NCBI GenBank assembly: GCA_045863335.1
Contig: BTVY01000012.1
Span: 64,001 to 128,000, forward strand
DNA from: Candidatus Hydrogenedentota bacterium
GTDB lineage: Bacteria; Hydrogenedentota; Hydrogenedentia; Hydrogenedentales; SLHB01
Direction of reading: 5' to 3'
DNA length: 64,000 nt
Position numbers and translations under genes: made by a program. A model generated the notes under the pieces. That model ran no database searches, was not told the origin of the DNA, and saw only the letters and a list, made by a program, of their open reading frames with translations. Within the stretch, counting starts at the first letter, position 1, and every line of letters starts with the position of its first letter. Below are positions 16,593 to 26,463 of the stretch, piece by piece.

Positions 16593-19556
16593 TTATAATT
16601 CCCCATCTTCATCGTGTGCCATAGAATCCATTATCTCGTTCGACAGGTCGAAGTCGACGATGGTTTCATAGCCTGCGCGCAGTTCCGCTTGATAACTCAG
16701 GTGTCTTCGTTGCGCCCTCAAGAATAACGTGACATCCACTATCCCCTCGGGCAGACCTTCGATTGCATATTCGCCGGATTCTGGTACTTCCACGGTTAGT
16801 CCATCACCATCGGGAAAACTGGCATACACGGAACAATTTTCCGGAGTGGAACCATTGACCAGTACCGTGCCGCTGACAACGGCTTCCGGCGCCAAGTTTA
16901 TCTGCACCTCGGATCGCTCGGACGGAGGGAAAAAAACGCGCGACGGCGCCCATCCCGCTGCGACAACCGTAAGCTCCACCGTCGTGTCTGTAGGCAGGAC
17001 AGAGGACTCGATCTCGAAGACACCATCCTGGGTACTCACGGCCGCCGCGCCGCTGGATGGAAATGGCATCCGGTGTGCTCCAACGTACACCTTTGCTCCG
17101 GATACGGGTCGTCCGTCGTTTCCCAGGATTTTTCCTCGCAGTGGCGGTCCAGAAGGGTCAAGGGACACAATCACCCCTTCTTTAGATTCACCGTCATGAA
17201 CCGCGCCCAGTTTGACGACGGTCTGTGCGAATCCTGAAGCGCGAACGCCAAGTTGAATAAATCCCGGAGCCACAGTCATAACGAATGCCCCGTTCGGGTC
17301 CGATATCAACTGTGCTTCCGTTTCAAACGCTTGCCCTATATCTGCAACTCCACGTACAGCACACATACGAAATGCAGTAACCGGACTTCCCGTGCCGGAA
17401 TCTATCACACGGCCTGAGACCGTTGCGGGGCGTGGCAGAATGAAATCGACGCCTTCCGAACCTGCCGGAACGGTCCGGCTTTGGGAGCGGGCAAAGATCG
17501 CCGCACCCACCCCGCGTCGACTGGGGCTCGCTTCCACGGTGTAGTCTCCTGCGGGAAGCCCCCATAATTCATAGGAACCGTCTATTTCAGAACTATCTGA
17601 AACGGGAGTTCGCCGTCCGTCGACCTCGGTACGAATCGTCGCGCCCCGGACCGGGCCGCCGTCCTCGTATAACACATGCCCCCGAATGCTCAGTAAAGAA
17701 TCGTCCAACACGATTCGCAGCCCCGCCAGGTGCTCGCCAGAACCCAGGGTTATCTGCATTGCACTGGCGGTAGACCCCCAGTCACCCTGCAAAGTCCCTT
17801 TCCCGCCCACCTTCAGGTCATGCACGCCCTCGCAGAGCCCGGCAATAGTGAATGCGCCCTCCATATCCGTAAAGGTAAGAGCTTCACCGAGTAACCACGG
17901 CACGTCACCTAATGGCTCCAGCATTACCCCTACCCGCGCGGGCCGATTGAACGAGTCGACGACCCTACCGGAAACCGCACAGTTCCGCGCGACATCAAGT
18001 GTCACGGTGACGTCCTCTTCACCGGGAGAATACGGACCATGGGGTGTGCTCGCGCGGTCCGTCGTCCAAGCCACAAGGGTGACGCTTTCGCCGGTCCCGC
18101 ATCCGTACAGGTCGAAATGCCCCTCAGAATCGCAGGCCGTTTCAAAGGTTCTTGCCGTCACCTTGGCGAAGGGCGCCGGTTCCCCGGTAGGAAGGACTAC
18201 GGTACCCGAGAGCGCAAGACCAAGTTCGGGCAAGGTGAAGTCCACGCCCTCGACGGCCTGGCCTGGATTCACCCTTATCAAGCGACTTGGCCCCAGTATC
18301 GTCCACCCCAGCATGGCGTACGGATGGGGCGGGTTCATGGATATTGCATACAAGGCCGGCGCCAATCCACGCACTTCGTAGCTTCCATCCGGTGCCGCGC
18401 TCACGGCTAATCGCCCGGGGACTGTATGCGTGGGCTCGACAGGCCCCGCCCCGATGGTTGCCCCTGCAACGCCCTCACCCGTGCCCGATACGAAAACGCG
18501 ACCACGCACCACGCCACCTTCGTCAAGTCGCAGTTCCACATCGGTCACATCTTGCGAGTCAAACACCTGAAACGTGCTGTCCGTATTGACAACTATGAGG
18601 CGCAGATCGCCGGACGCCAGCATATAGGTTCCTTCCGGCAATGCCTCGAAAGCGAACTTCCCCGCATCGTCAGCGAGTGTCTCTTCCTGCTGCGTCCCAC
18701 TGACCTCTTTCGCCACGACTTTGACACCGGGAACGGGTGCGCCATCCGAGGCATGAACACAGCGACCCGAAAGCGAACCGCCTCGCAATATTGTAATTGT
18801 CACCCCGGCCGTACCAACGTCGATCGGTTCAGTCATCCGAGTCGCAAATCCCGAGGCAGAAACGCGCAAGCGCCACGCATAAGGTAGCAAGGAAGTAAGG
18901 GTGAATTGACCGTCGGTGCCAGTATCGCAAGCAAAACTCCGTTCCACGGCTGGAGGAACCGGCCAATCATTATGGACCGCAGGAGCCACATAGGCGCCGG
19001 AAATCGAGCTGCCGCTCGCGTCAACGACCGTGCCGCTTATCGAACCACCTTCGCGGAGAACCAGCATCACGACGCCAGACGCGACACCGGACTTCACCAG
19101 GACACTTTCCCAGGCGATTGCCGCATCCTTCTGCGCCACAACTACGTAAGCGCCATCCGATACCGTTCGAAAGACAAACCGGCCCGTTTCATCGCTGTGT
19201 TCGATCGGCGGCGCATCGCCGGTTTCCGGCCAGACTCCCGCCAAAATTCCATGCACGGAAGGATACAGTTGGACTTGGGAGTCGGGCACCGGCTCGCCGT
19301 ACGGGTCCAGCACCCAACCGGGAACGACGCCACCAGCCCGGCTCACTGCGCTGGCCGTGGAGGGCGCAGTTGCGCGCGTGGGCACAGCGGCTTTTCTGGG
19401 GATGGGCCGCGATTGCTCGCGAACTGGCACTCTCGGCTTGGATACTTCGTCGCGGTTATTCTTTACCGGCCAGTGGCCGCTCTGGAAAAGAGCCAACACG
19501 ATTGCGAGGATGCACAAGACAAGGCACCACGCCACCACCCACCATCTACTCCGCAT
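16593..19556 (-). CDS. Membrane-anchored carboxypeptidase regulatory-like (beta-sandwich) repeat protein
   Basis: N-terminal TM helix; repeated GxVxDxxGxPVxGAxV...DxxGxF...L units; AGGAG RBS before ATG 19556. Confidence 0.88.
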   Translation of the reverse strand: MRSRWWVVAWCLVLCILAIVLALFQSGHWPVKNNRDEVSKPRVPVREQSRPIPRKAAVPTRATAPSTASAVSRAGGVVPGWVLDPYGEPVPDSQVQLYPSVHGILAGVWPETGDAPPIEHSDETGRFVFRTVSDGAYVVVAQKDAAIAWESVLVKSGVASGVVMLVLREGGSISGTVVDASGSSISGAYVAPAVHNDWPVPPAVERSFACDTGTDGQFTLTSLLPYAWRLRVSASGFATRMTEPIDVGTAGVTITILRGGSLSGRCVHASDGAPVPGVKVVAKEVSGTQQEETLADDAGKFAFEALPEGTYMLASGDLRLIVVNTDSTFQVFDSQDVTDVELRLDEGGVVRGRVFVSGTGEGVAGATIGAGPVEPTHTVPGRLAVSAAPDGSYEVRGLAPALYAISMNPPHPYAMLGWTILGPSRLIRVNPGQAVEGVDFTLPELGLALSGTVVLPTGEPAPFAKVTARTFETACDSEGHFDLYGCGTGESVTLVAWTTDRASTPHGPYSPGEEDVTVTLDVARNCAVSGRVVDSFNRPARVGVMLEPLGDVPWLLGEALTFTDMEGAFTIAGLCEGVHDLKVGGKGTLQGDWGSTASAMQITLGSGEHLAGLRIVLDDSLLSIRGHVLYEDGGPVRGATIRTEVDGRRTPVSDSSEIDGSYELWGLPAGDYTVEASPSRRGVGAAIFARSQSRTVPAGSEGVDFILPRPATVSGRVIDSGTGSPVTAFRMCAVRGVADIGQAFETEAQLISDPNGAFVMTVAPGFIQLGVRASGFAQTVVKLGAVHDGESKEGVIVSLDPSGPPLRGKILGNDGRPVSGAKVYVGAHRMPFPSSGAAAVSTQDGVFEIESSVLPTDTTVELTVVAAGWAPSRVFFPPSERSEVQINLAPEAVVSGTVLVNGSTPENCSVYASFPDGDGLTVEVPESGEYAIEGLPEGIVDVTLFLRAQRRHLSYQAELRAGYETIVDFDLSNEIMDSMAHDEDGEL

Positions 19557-19659
19557 TTCATCAATCTCCTGGACGGCGAGCAAACTCTGGACACAAGCGG
19601 TACGTCCGACTCAGAAATGAATCGCACCAGAAGCATTGGGCATTGGTGCTTGCGCGGTG

Positions 19660-20682
19660 CTATTTCACAAACGCGTATGCCTCGACGCGCACCTCTGCTT
19701 CGGCCCCGGGTACTTCAGATAAGATCCTGAATACACCCCGCTGTGCCCCAGTGCGCCCGGGCTCCGCTCTCGCCAAGACACGCAACCGGGCAGCGTCTGA
19801 CAGCCGTTCCAACTCCGACGCGAAGATCGTCGCCTCCGGATCGATCACCCTCATACCGGACAAGTCATACCCATACGGTGATGTGACTTCTATAATGTCA
19901 CTACGTCGATCACCTTCCGGCAGAACACCCAGGAAGATGCGTGACTTGGAGACCTCAAATGGGTACTGGACATAGGCGCTCAGCGCAATTTGCTTTACCG
20001 GCACTTCGGAATCATTGGTCGTTACCCACAGATTTTCCGCGACCAAACCATACGCGGTGGATTCCCGCAGTTGAATCGTGAATTCTTGCGCGCCCGCGCT
20101 GCCCCCAATTTCTCCGTAATCCACCTGGAATGCAGTCAAATGACTTACCTTCAGAATCTCAAGGACAGGTTGGCCCGGAAATCCCTCCATCGTGAAACGA
20201 TGGACACGACCTTCGCCTCTTGGAACCGTGCCGAAATCGATGCGTGACGGATGCTCCTCCTTAACAACCCCAGTGATACGAAACAAACGCGGCTCCCTCT
20301 CATTGACCCATCGAACGCGAATCAATTCGTTAACGCGGCCGCTTCGTCCGCTGAGGTGAAGCCGAACCGGAAACGGCAAGACACCTTTCGGCTCGATGAC
20401 TTCCCCTCGAATGTCTTGCGTTGCCGTGCAGCCGCAACTCGTTCCTACTTCTGCTACCTCGACGCTTAGGTCGGTGGGATTTCGAAGGAGGAATGAATGG
20501 TGTATTACCGCGTTGGCGCGTGCAATTCCAAAGTCATACAACTCTTCTTGCGCGGACTGCGAATACGTATTGCCAGATCTCCCCATCGTAATAAGTAGGG
20601 TGCAAAGAGCGGCGCCCCCTATCGCTACCAAGCCGAATAGCTCGTACGCACGATTCCTGGACATTCGTGGTCGCAAAAACAT
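19660..20682 (-). CDS. DUF1573 domain protein with further Ig-like modules
   Basis: YDFG..HSFLLRNP..V.TSCGCT; later IDFGTV and TTND motifs. Confidence 0.85.
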   Translation of the reverse strand: MFLRPRMSRNRAYELFGLVAIGGAALCTLLITMGRSGNTYSQSAQEELYDFGIARANAVIHHSFLLRNPTDLSVEVAEVGTSCGCTATQDIRGEVIEPKGVLPFPVRLHLSGRSGRVNELIRVRWVNEREPRLFRITGVVKEEHPSRIDFGTVPRGEGRVHRFTMEGFPGQPVLEILKVSHLTAFQVDYGEIGGSAGAQEFTIQLRESTAYGLVAENLWVTTNDSEVPVKQIALSAYVQYPFEVSKSRIFLGVLPEGDRRSDIIEVTSPYGYDLSGMRVIDPEATIFASELERLSDAARLRVLARAEPGRTGAQRGVFRILSEVPGAEAEVRVEAYAFVK

Positions 20683-20717
20683 GATTTGTCCCGTTTTGGA
20701 AAGGGGCGAGCTACGCC

Positions 20718-21206
20718 CTAGTTGGAACACGAGCCCAATCCGACCCAAGCCAGTTGCTCTACAAGACCGTAGTCAACCGCATTCATACACATATAAGTGT
20801 TCTCATCGGGAGAATCACAGTATTGACAGTCGGGGTGTGATTCCGGCGTTTCACACTCAATGTCGGGATTTTTCTTGCATTTATACTTTCTGGCGCAAAT
20901 GTACCAGTTCTCGGGGACCTCAGGATCTGCAAGTTCGTAACCTGAGTACCCTGGGTAAGGTCTTTCGAAGGGAAGAGGAACGTTCTGTACGTCTTGGTAC
21001 GCATGAATATACGTACAAGCATACCCCAGATCACAGTTCATGTTGCATGGTGGGATTGGTACCGGGCAAGGCGCCAGATTAATTTCATAGCAGGGAACCG
21101 CGGAAGCCGACTTAGCATCGAAGATCCCCTCCAACGCGGCGGCGAAGGTGAAGATGGCTAGCCACAAGAGAAGCGGTTTGATCCAATATTTGTTCAGGCA
21201 TCCCAT
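20718..21206 (-). CDS. Small Cys-rich secreted protein
   Basis: GGAGG RBS; signal peptide ending ASA; 12 Cys in predicted mature region. Confidence 0.75.
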   Translation of the reverse strand: MGCLNKYWIKPLLLWLAIFTFAAALEGIFDAKSASAVPCYEINLAPCPVPIPPCNMNCDLGYACTYIHAYQDVQNVPLPFERPYPGYSGYELADPEVPENWYICARKYKCKKNPDIECETPESHPDCQYCDSPDENTYMCMNAVDYGLVEQLAWVGLGSCSN

Positions 21207-21275
21207 TATCCTACCCTCCATAAGTGTTACTTGATCTGTGCCTTTCCCCATATGCACTCACGTAGTGTATCAAAC

Positions 21276-22286
21276 CTATTCCGTATCTTTGATCCCGCCA
21301 GCGAATTCCGAGGGCACCAATTCGTTTCCGATCACCTCCAGAACATCGATCTGGCCAACTATATCCGTGCGGAAAAAAGGTACCGCTGTCCGGCGGGGCA
21401 AACTCCTCCATGTAAATAGTTCGTCGTCCAGATGCGGGTTTAATTGTACATCCTCTACGGTGTTGAGTGAATGGCCCTCCAGGATAGCAGCGCCGTCATC
21501 GTATCGGTAGTCGGATTGCTCCCACTTCAATGGAAACCACCGGCCCGGATCGACTTCGCGCGGGACAACCGTGTACTCGAAAGATATTCTTCCCTCCTCG
21601 TCGTAAACTTCGCCGTGCGTAACAAAATATCCTGCCAAGGGGGCCAACAGGATTGTGCAGATCTGATGGGTTTTGTGAAAGACTTTGATCTCGAAAAGCT
21701 CACGCTCGTCCTGCCTGTTTTCGATTTCGACCGTTACGTCGGCACCATTCAGCGCGGCATCATGAATCTGGGCAAGACTGTTGATACCATTCCCAAAGGC
21801 ATACAACCTGAAATCCCTTGGGTTGAACGAGTGTAAGGCTTCCCGAACGCGCTTGGATTTCAAATCAATAGCGGAGTGTTCATACATATACGCGGCGGCG
21901 CTGCGCTCATACCATTGAGCGAGGTACTGAGCGTTCAGTACTAGAATCCCATGTTCCTTGGTAATCTTCGGAGGATCCGAAACGCGTTCTTCAAAGGTCC
22001 GATCCCGCTCGATTCTTCGCCACTCTCCCTTCTCAAACTGCGTATGTTGAGTATTCCACTCTCGCGTGCCATCGGGTTCGTAGTACGTCCATATCTCGCG
22101 CATCTCGAAGGAAAGTGATCTCAAGGTGTCTTGGGCATTCTGCTGTTCTTTCACGAAGTTTCCCAGAAGTGCGGTCGCGTCTTCGCCAACAAATGTCTGG
22201 TCGCTCCATGCTGGCAGGCCACCTAAAGCGCAAAGGAGTATTGACAATCGAGAAAACCTTAAGAAGGGAATCATGAGCCACTCCAA
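21276..22286 (-). CDS. Exported hypothetical protein, possibly LolA-like/lipoprotein-sorting fold
   Basis: Signal peptide; WFP..W...VEDVQLNPHLDDELF C-terminal signature. Confidence 0.65.
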   Translation of the reverse strand: MEWLMIPFLRFSRLSILLCALGGLPAWSDQTFVGEDATALLGNFVKEQQNAQDTLRSLSFEMREIWTYYEPDGTREWNTQHTQFEKGEWRRIERDRTFEERVSDPPKITKEHGILVLNAQYLAQWYERSAAAYMYEHSAIDLKSKRVREALHSFNPRDFRLYAFGNGINSLAQIHDAALNGADVTVEIENRQDERELFEIKVFHKTHQICTILLAPLAGYFVTHGEVYDEEGRISFEYTVVPREVDPGRWFPLKWEQSDYRYDDGAAILEGHSLNTVEDVQLNPHLDDELFTWRSLPRRTAVPFFRTDIVGQIDVLEVIGNELVPSEFAGGIKDTE

Positions 22287-22402
22287 CTCGATCCGGCCCC
22301 CACCATGGCTTCGTGATTGCTTGACCTCATTGTACGCTGAACAGCATTATCTGTCAATAGACTAAAGGGGACAGTAATGCTCCATAACAGTCATTCATTA
22401 TG

Positions 22403-24349
22403 TCACTTTACCTGCACCATCAGGTCCGCCACCAGCTTCGCGAACTGGCCGGGGTTCGGCGGCTGATTGCCTTCGGCCAAGGCTGCCTGACCGTAAAGCA
22501 ATTGGGCATAATCACTTAGGCGTGTATCCGTTGGATCGGCGGTGTAGATAGTCTTTAACTTCTTCAGAATCGGGTGGTTCGGGTTTAACTCCAAGATGCG
22601 CTTGGTCTTAGGAACGTCCTGGTTCGCCGCGCGCATGAGCTGTTCCAACTGGGGGCTCATGTCGAACTGGTCGCCGACGAGGCAGGCCGCCGAACTGGTC
22701 AGACGCTTGGACAGACGGACCTCTTTGACGTGCTCGTCGAGCTTTTGCTTGAGGCATTCCAGCAGAGACTTGTGTTCTTCCTGCTTGGTCTTGAGTTCTT
22801 CCTCGGCCTTCTTCCGCTCTTCCTCGCTCCCGAGTTCGACAGTCCCTTTGCCGACGGACTGGAAGCGTTTTCCGTCGAACTCGAACATGGACTGAGTCCA
22901 CAGCTCGTCGACGTTATCCGTGAGGATGAGCACCTCGTAGCCTTTGTCGCGGAATGCTTCGAGGTGCGGCGAGCTTTCGATGGCCGCGCGCGATTCGCCG
23001 GTCATGAAGTAAATGCATTCCTGGTCTTCCTTCATGCGGTCCTTGTAGGCGCGCAGGGTGGTCAACTCGGCAGAATCGTTCGTGGACGCGAACAACACAA
23101 GATCAAGGAGCGACTCGCGGTTTTCGTTGTCCTGGTAAAGCCCTTCCTTGAGCACCTGCCCGAACTCGTTCCAGAACGCGAGGTACTTGTCATTATCGGA
23201 TTCGCGGAGCTTCTTGAAGGAGTCCAGGAGTTTGTTGACGACCCCTTTGCGGATGCGCTGGATCTGGCGGTTCTGCTGGAGGATCTCGCGCGAAATATTC
23301 AACGAGAGATCTTCGGAATCGACGACGCCTTTCACGAAGCGCAGATACTCCGGCAACAACTCCTTGCAGTCGTCCATGATGAAGACGCGCTTCACGTAGA
23401 GCTGAATGCCCCGGCGGCCGTCGCGCATGTAGAGATCGAAGGGCGCGCGGGACGGGATGAAGAGGAGCATCTGGTATTCGAGCGTACCCTCAATCTTGGC
23501 GCGGATGGTTTCCAGCGGCGGCGTCCAGTCGTGGGAGACGTGTTTGTAAAACTCGTTGTATTCCTCTTCCGTAACTTCGTCCTTGTCGCGAAGCCAGATG
23601 GCCTTCATCGAATTCAAGGTTTCGATCTCGACAACCGTTTCCTCTTTCGCGCCTTCGATGGGTTTGCCCTCGTCATCGCGCGGGACGCGGGTTCGCGTAA
23701 TTTCCATCTTGATGGGATAGGCCACGAAATCGCTGTATTTCTTGACGATCTCGCGAATCTTCCATTCCTCGGTGTAGTCGTGGAGGCCGTCTTCGGAGTC
23801 CACGGACTTGAGGTGGAGGGTCACCGCGGTCCCGGCTTCCGGCACGTCGACTTCTTCAAGCGTATACGTCCCCTCGCCCGCGGATTCCCAGCGGACGCCC
23901 GCGGTTTCCCCGGCGTGGCGCGTGACCAGGGTGACCTTGTCGGCCACCATGAAGGACGAGTAGAACCCGACGCCGAACTGTCCGATCAGCTCCGGCGATT
24001 CGGCCTCCTTCGCCTGCTTCAGGACGGACATGAATTCGCGCGTGCCGGACTTCGCGATGGTGCCAATCAGGTCGATCACGTCCTGCCGCGTCATGCCGAT
24101 CCCCGTGTCGCGCACGGTCAAGGTCCGCGCTTCGGGATCGGGCTCGATTTCGATGTAGAGTTCCGTTCCCTCGGGCATGAGGTGCGGCTCGGTCAAGGAC
24201 TGAAACCGGCGACGGTCCAACGCGTCGGATGCGTTGGAGATGAGTTCCCGCAGGAAGATGTCCTTGTTCGAATAGATCGAGTGGACCATGAGATCCAGGA
24301 GTTGCCGGGCTTCCGCCTGAAACTCAAAGGTCTCTACTGTCGCGCTCAT
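22403..24349 (-). CDS. htpG: Molecular chaperone HtpG (Hsp90)
   Basis: FQAEARQLLDLMVHSIYSNKDIFLRELISNASDA, IGQFGVGFYSSF, LNISREILQ, LELNP.HP. Confidence 0.98.
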   Translation of the reverse strand: MSATVETFEFQAEARQLLDLMVHSIYSNKDIFLRELISNASDALDRRRFQSLTEPHLMPEGTELYIEIEPDPEARTLTVRDTGIGMTRQDVIDLIGTIAKSGTREFMSVLKQAKEAESPELIGQFGVGFYSSFMVADKVTLVTRHAGETAGVRWESAGEGTYTLEEVDVPEAGTAVTLHLKSVDSEDGLHDYTEEWKIREIVKKYSDFVAYPIKMEITRTRVPRDDEGKPIEGAKEETVVEIETLNSMKAIWLRDKDEVTEEEYNEFYKHVSHDWTPPLETIRAKIEGTLEYQMLLFIPSRAPFDLYMRDGRRGIQLYVKRVFIMDDCKELLPEYLRFVKGVVDSEDLSLNISREILQQNRQIQRIRKGVVNKLLDSFKKLRESDNDKYLAFWNEFGQVLKEGLYQDNENRESLLDLVLFASTNDSAELTTLRAYKDRMKEDQECIYFMTGESRAAIESSPHLEAFRDKGYEVLILTDNVDELWTQSMFEFDGKRFQSVGKGTVELGSEEERKKAEEELKTKQEEHKSLLECLKQKLDEHVKEVRLSKRLTSSAACLVGDQFDMSPQLEQLMRAANQDVPKTKRILELNPNHPILKKLKTIYTADPTDTRLSDYAQLLYGQAALAEGNQPPNPGQFAKLVADLMVQVK

Positions 24350-24645
24350 GATTCGTATCCTCCGTTTCCTTAGACAGTTGGTATCGCGCACGCCCGAGAG
24401 CGATTTGCTGGTTGGATGGCGAGCGGCCGAATCGTCTGCCGTGCCCGATAGACAGGCCCAGACCGAGTTTCATCGACAGCCCGAAGGGCGCTATTTTAAT
24501 CAATATCCGCTCGTAAGGGAAGATACCGAGGCGCCGGCCAGGTCCGTCAACCTTTGGCGCCGGTAAGGCGTTGGCGCAACAGGGATCGCCGTGTGCCGCG
24601 AGCGCGTGGTATAGTGGTGCGATGCGCCCAAACGACAGGTCCAAC

Positions 24646-25500
24646 ATGCGAAACTTGATGGTATATCTTTTCGTCGCAGCCGCGATGGCGTTGATACTGC
24701 CCGGTTGCGGACAATCCGTGCAGCCCGCGGGCGAAGTCGCGCTTGCCGCGACCAAGGAAGCGCCGCAGCCCGCACCAGACGTTGCGACGCCGGAGGCCGC
24801 CGACCCCATCGAGTCGCTGAACGACAAACTCGAATCTCTCGGGGCGAAGGTCGTGGCGGACCCGACGGACGGTGCGGTGGAATCCGGACAGGACTACGAG
24901 TCGCTGGCAGCCGAGGTTTCTGAACTGCGCGCGGAGGTAAAGCGGTTGCAGGAAACCATCGACCTCACGATCTCCTATGTCGTGGGCGATCTGCAGGAAG
25001 AGAACCGCCGCCTTCGGGAAGAGATCGCCCGCGTCTATAGCGCAACGCCCGGCGCCGCCGACGGAAGCGGAGATATCGTGTATCTCAGTCCTGAGTCCAT
25101 GGCTCCACCGGACCCTGCTGCCGACGATTCGGCCCCGCAGCCCGCCGTCGATTTCGGCGACAAGGGTTATGCCATCGTCAAGGAATGGGGCCGTTCCCCG
25201 GAGGAAGTGTCTGCCCTCGGGAAGGGGATTCCCTCGCTCAAGGGGATGATCGGCGTGGTGCCAGCCAACCTGAGCGACGAGGGACTTTCCGAGATCGGCC
25301 GGGCCATTCACGCCGAGTTCGATGCCTACGACAACATGGTCATCGAAGTCTTCGACAACGAGACCGCCGCCAAGGCATACGCGGAGACCAACGTCCGCTC
25401 GGCGCAGCACAACGTGTTGAGCATTCAGAAGGACGGCGCGTCCGGACGCGATCATATTCTGCTGAACCGCAACGGAGTCTCCATCGCCGTGCCGCGCTAA
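24646..25500 (+). CDS. Hypothetical lipoprotein with coiled coil
   Basis: MRNLMVYLFVAAAMALILPGC lipobox; heptad region LAAEVSELRAEVKRLQE. Confidence 0.75.
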   Translation: MRNLMVYLFVAAAMALILPGCGQSVQPAGEVALAATKEAPQPAPDVATPEAADPIESLNDKLESLGAKVVADPTDGAVESGQDYESLAAEVSELRAEVKRLQETIDLTISYVVGDLQEENRRLREEIARVYSATPGAADGSGDIVYLSPESMAPPDPAADDSAPQPAVDFGDKGYAIVKEWGRSPEEVSALGKGIPSLKGMIGVVPANLSDEGLSEIGRAIHAEFDAYDNMVIEVFDNETAAKAYAETNVRSAQHNVLSIQKDGASGRDHILLNRNGVSIAVPR

Positions 25501-25623
25501 GGTCACGCGGAGAACACCCCCCTAATTCCCCCTTCAAAGGGGTGCAGTTCTGAAAATACCGGTCACGCACTCCGATAATAGCAATATAGTTGTAAGGATT
25601 TGGCCAATTTCTGTAGGCACAAT

Positions 25624-25833
25624 GGGTCGGGCTTTCAGCCCTATGGACAAAAGACGCTCCCTTTCCTGGGCCTGCGGCCCAGGCTGGTATTGAACGGGCC
25701 GTTGGCCCTCCAGAAAGTTTCCTTTTGACATGAGGGAAATGACGTTTGCGCCAACGGCGCGCTCTATACCAGCATGGGGCACCGCCCCATGAAAACGGGG
25801 ATCCCTGAATATGAAGGGCTGAAAGTCCGATCC
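25624..25833. repeat. REPIN/MITE-like ~210-bp imperfect palindrome
   Basis: GGGTCGGGCTTTCAGCCCT (25624-25642) inverts to AGGGCTGAAAGTCCGATCC (25815-25833); inner arms 25665-25708 and 25748-25791 are also inverted. Confidence 0.78.
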
Positions 25834-25938
25834 ACGTTCCACCGATAGATGGGTCAGAAAACACCTTGACGCTGGGTGCATTTCGAACGGTGCTGCAAAA
25901 CATCACCCCTCTTGCGCGTGATTTCCAGGGGAATCACC

Positions 25939-26463
25939 CTACTCTTCTTCCAACGTGTAAATCTCGGGGAGGTTCCGGTAGCGCTCGTCGTGGTCGAGCC
26001 CGTACCCGACGACGAACCGGTCTTCGATCGTGATGCCGATGTACTGGGCGTCTACGGGCACCACGCGCCGCGACGGTTTATCCAGCAGCACACACAACTC
26101 CAGTGATGCGGGGTCGTGTTCGTTCAGGGTTTTCATGATCGCCGAAGTTGTACGACCGGTATCGAGGATATCCTCGATGACGAGCACCGACTTGCCCCGT
26201 AACGGTTGTTCCGGCAGCACGGGGAGCAGCACGTCGCCGAGGGAGTCGATTCCGTCGTAGCTTTTCGCGCGGATGTATTCGACCGCGAGCGGCAGGGAGA
26301 TTCGTCGCATCAGATCGGATGCGAATATCGTCCCCCCTTTTAACACGACCACCATGACGAGGGTGTCGCAGTTCCGGTAACGCTCGGAAATTTCCGCAGC
26401 GAGCCGTGTCACCGCAGCCTGGATTTGGGTCTCCGCAATAAGTGGCTCGCTACTCCGGCGCAT
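25939..26463 (-). CDS. hpt: Hypoxanthine phosphoribosyltransferase
   Basis: VLKGG..FASDL, VLVIEDILDTGRT, LLDKPSRR, FVVGYGLD..ERYRNLP. Confidence 0.95.
   Translation of the reverse strand: MRRSSEPLIAETQIQAAVTRLAAEISERYRNCDTLVMVVVLKGGTIFASDLMRRISLPLAVEYIRAKSYDGIDSLGDVLLPVLPEQPLRGKSVLVIEDILDTGRTTSAIMKTLNEHDPASLELCVLLDKPSRRVVPVDAQYIGITIEDRFVVGYGLDHDERYRNLPEIYTLEEE

Noticed and set aside
22730-24373. 547-aa ORF antisense to htpG (likewise 33746..35035, 41276..42868, 50660..51979, 59055..60581, 60946..62142, 62156..63439)
   Set aside because: In-register antisense shadows typical of GC-rich genes; no recognisable motifs
24350-24640. CIRCE element upstream of htpG
   Set aside because: No TTAGCACTC-N9-GAGTGCTAA match seen
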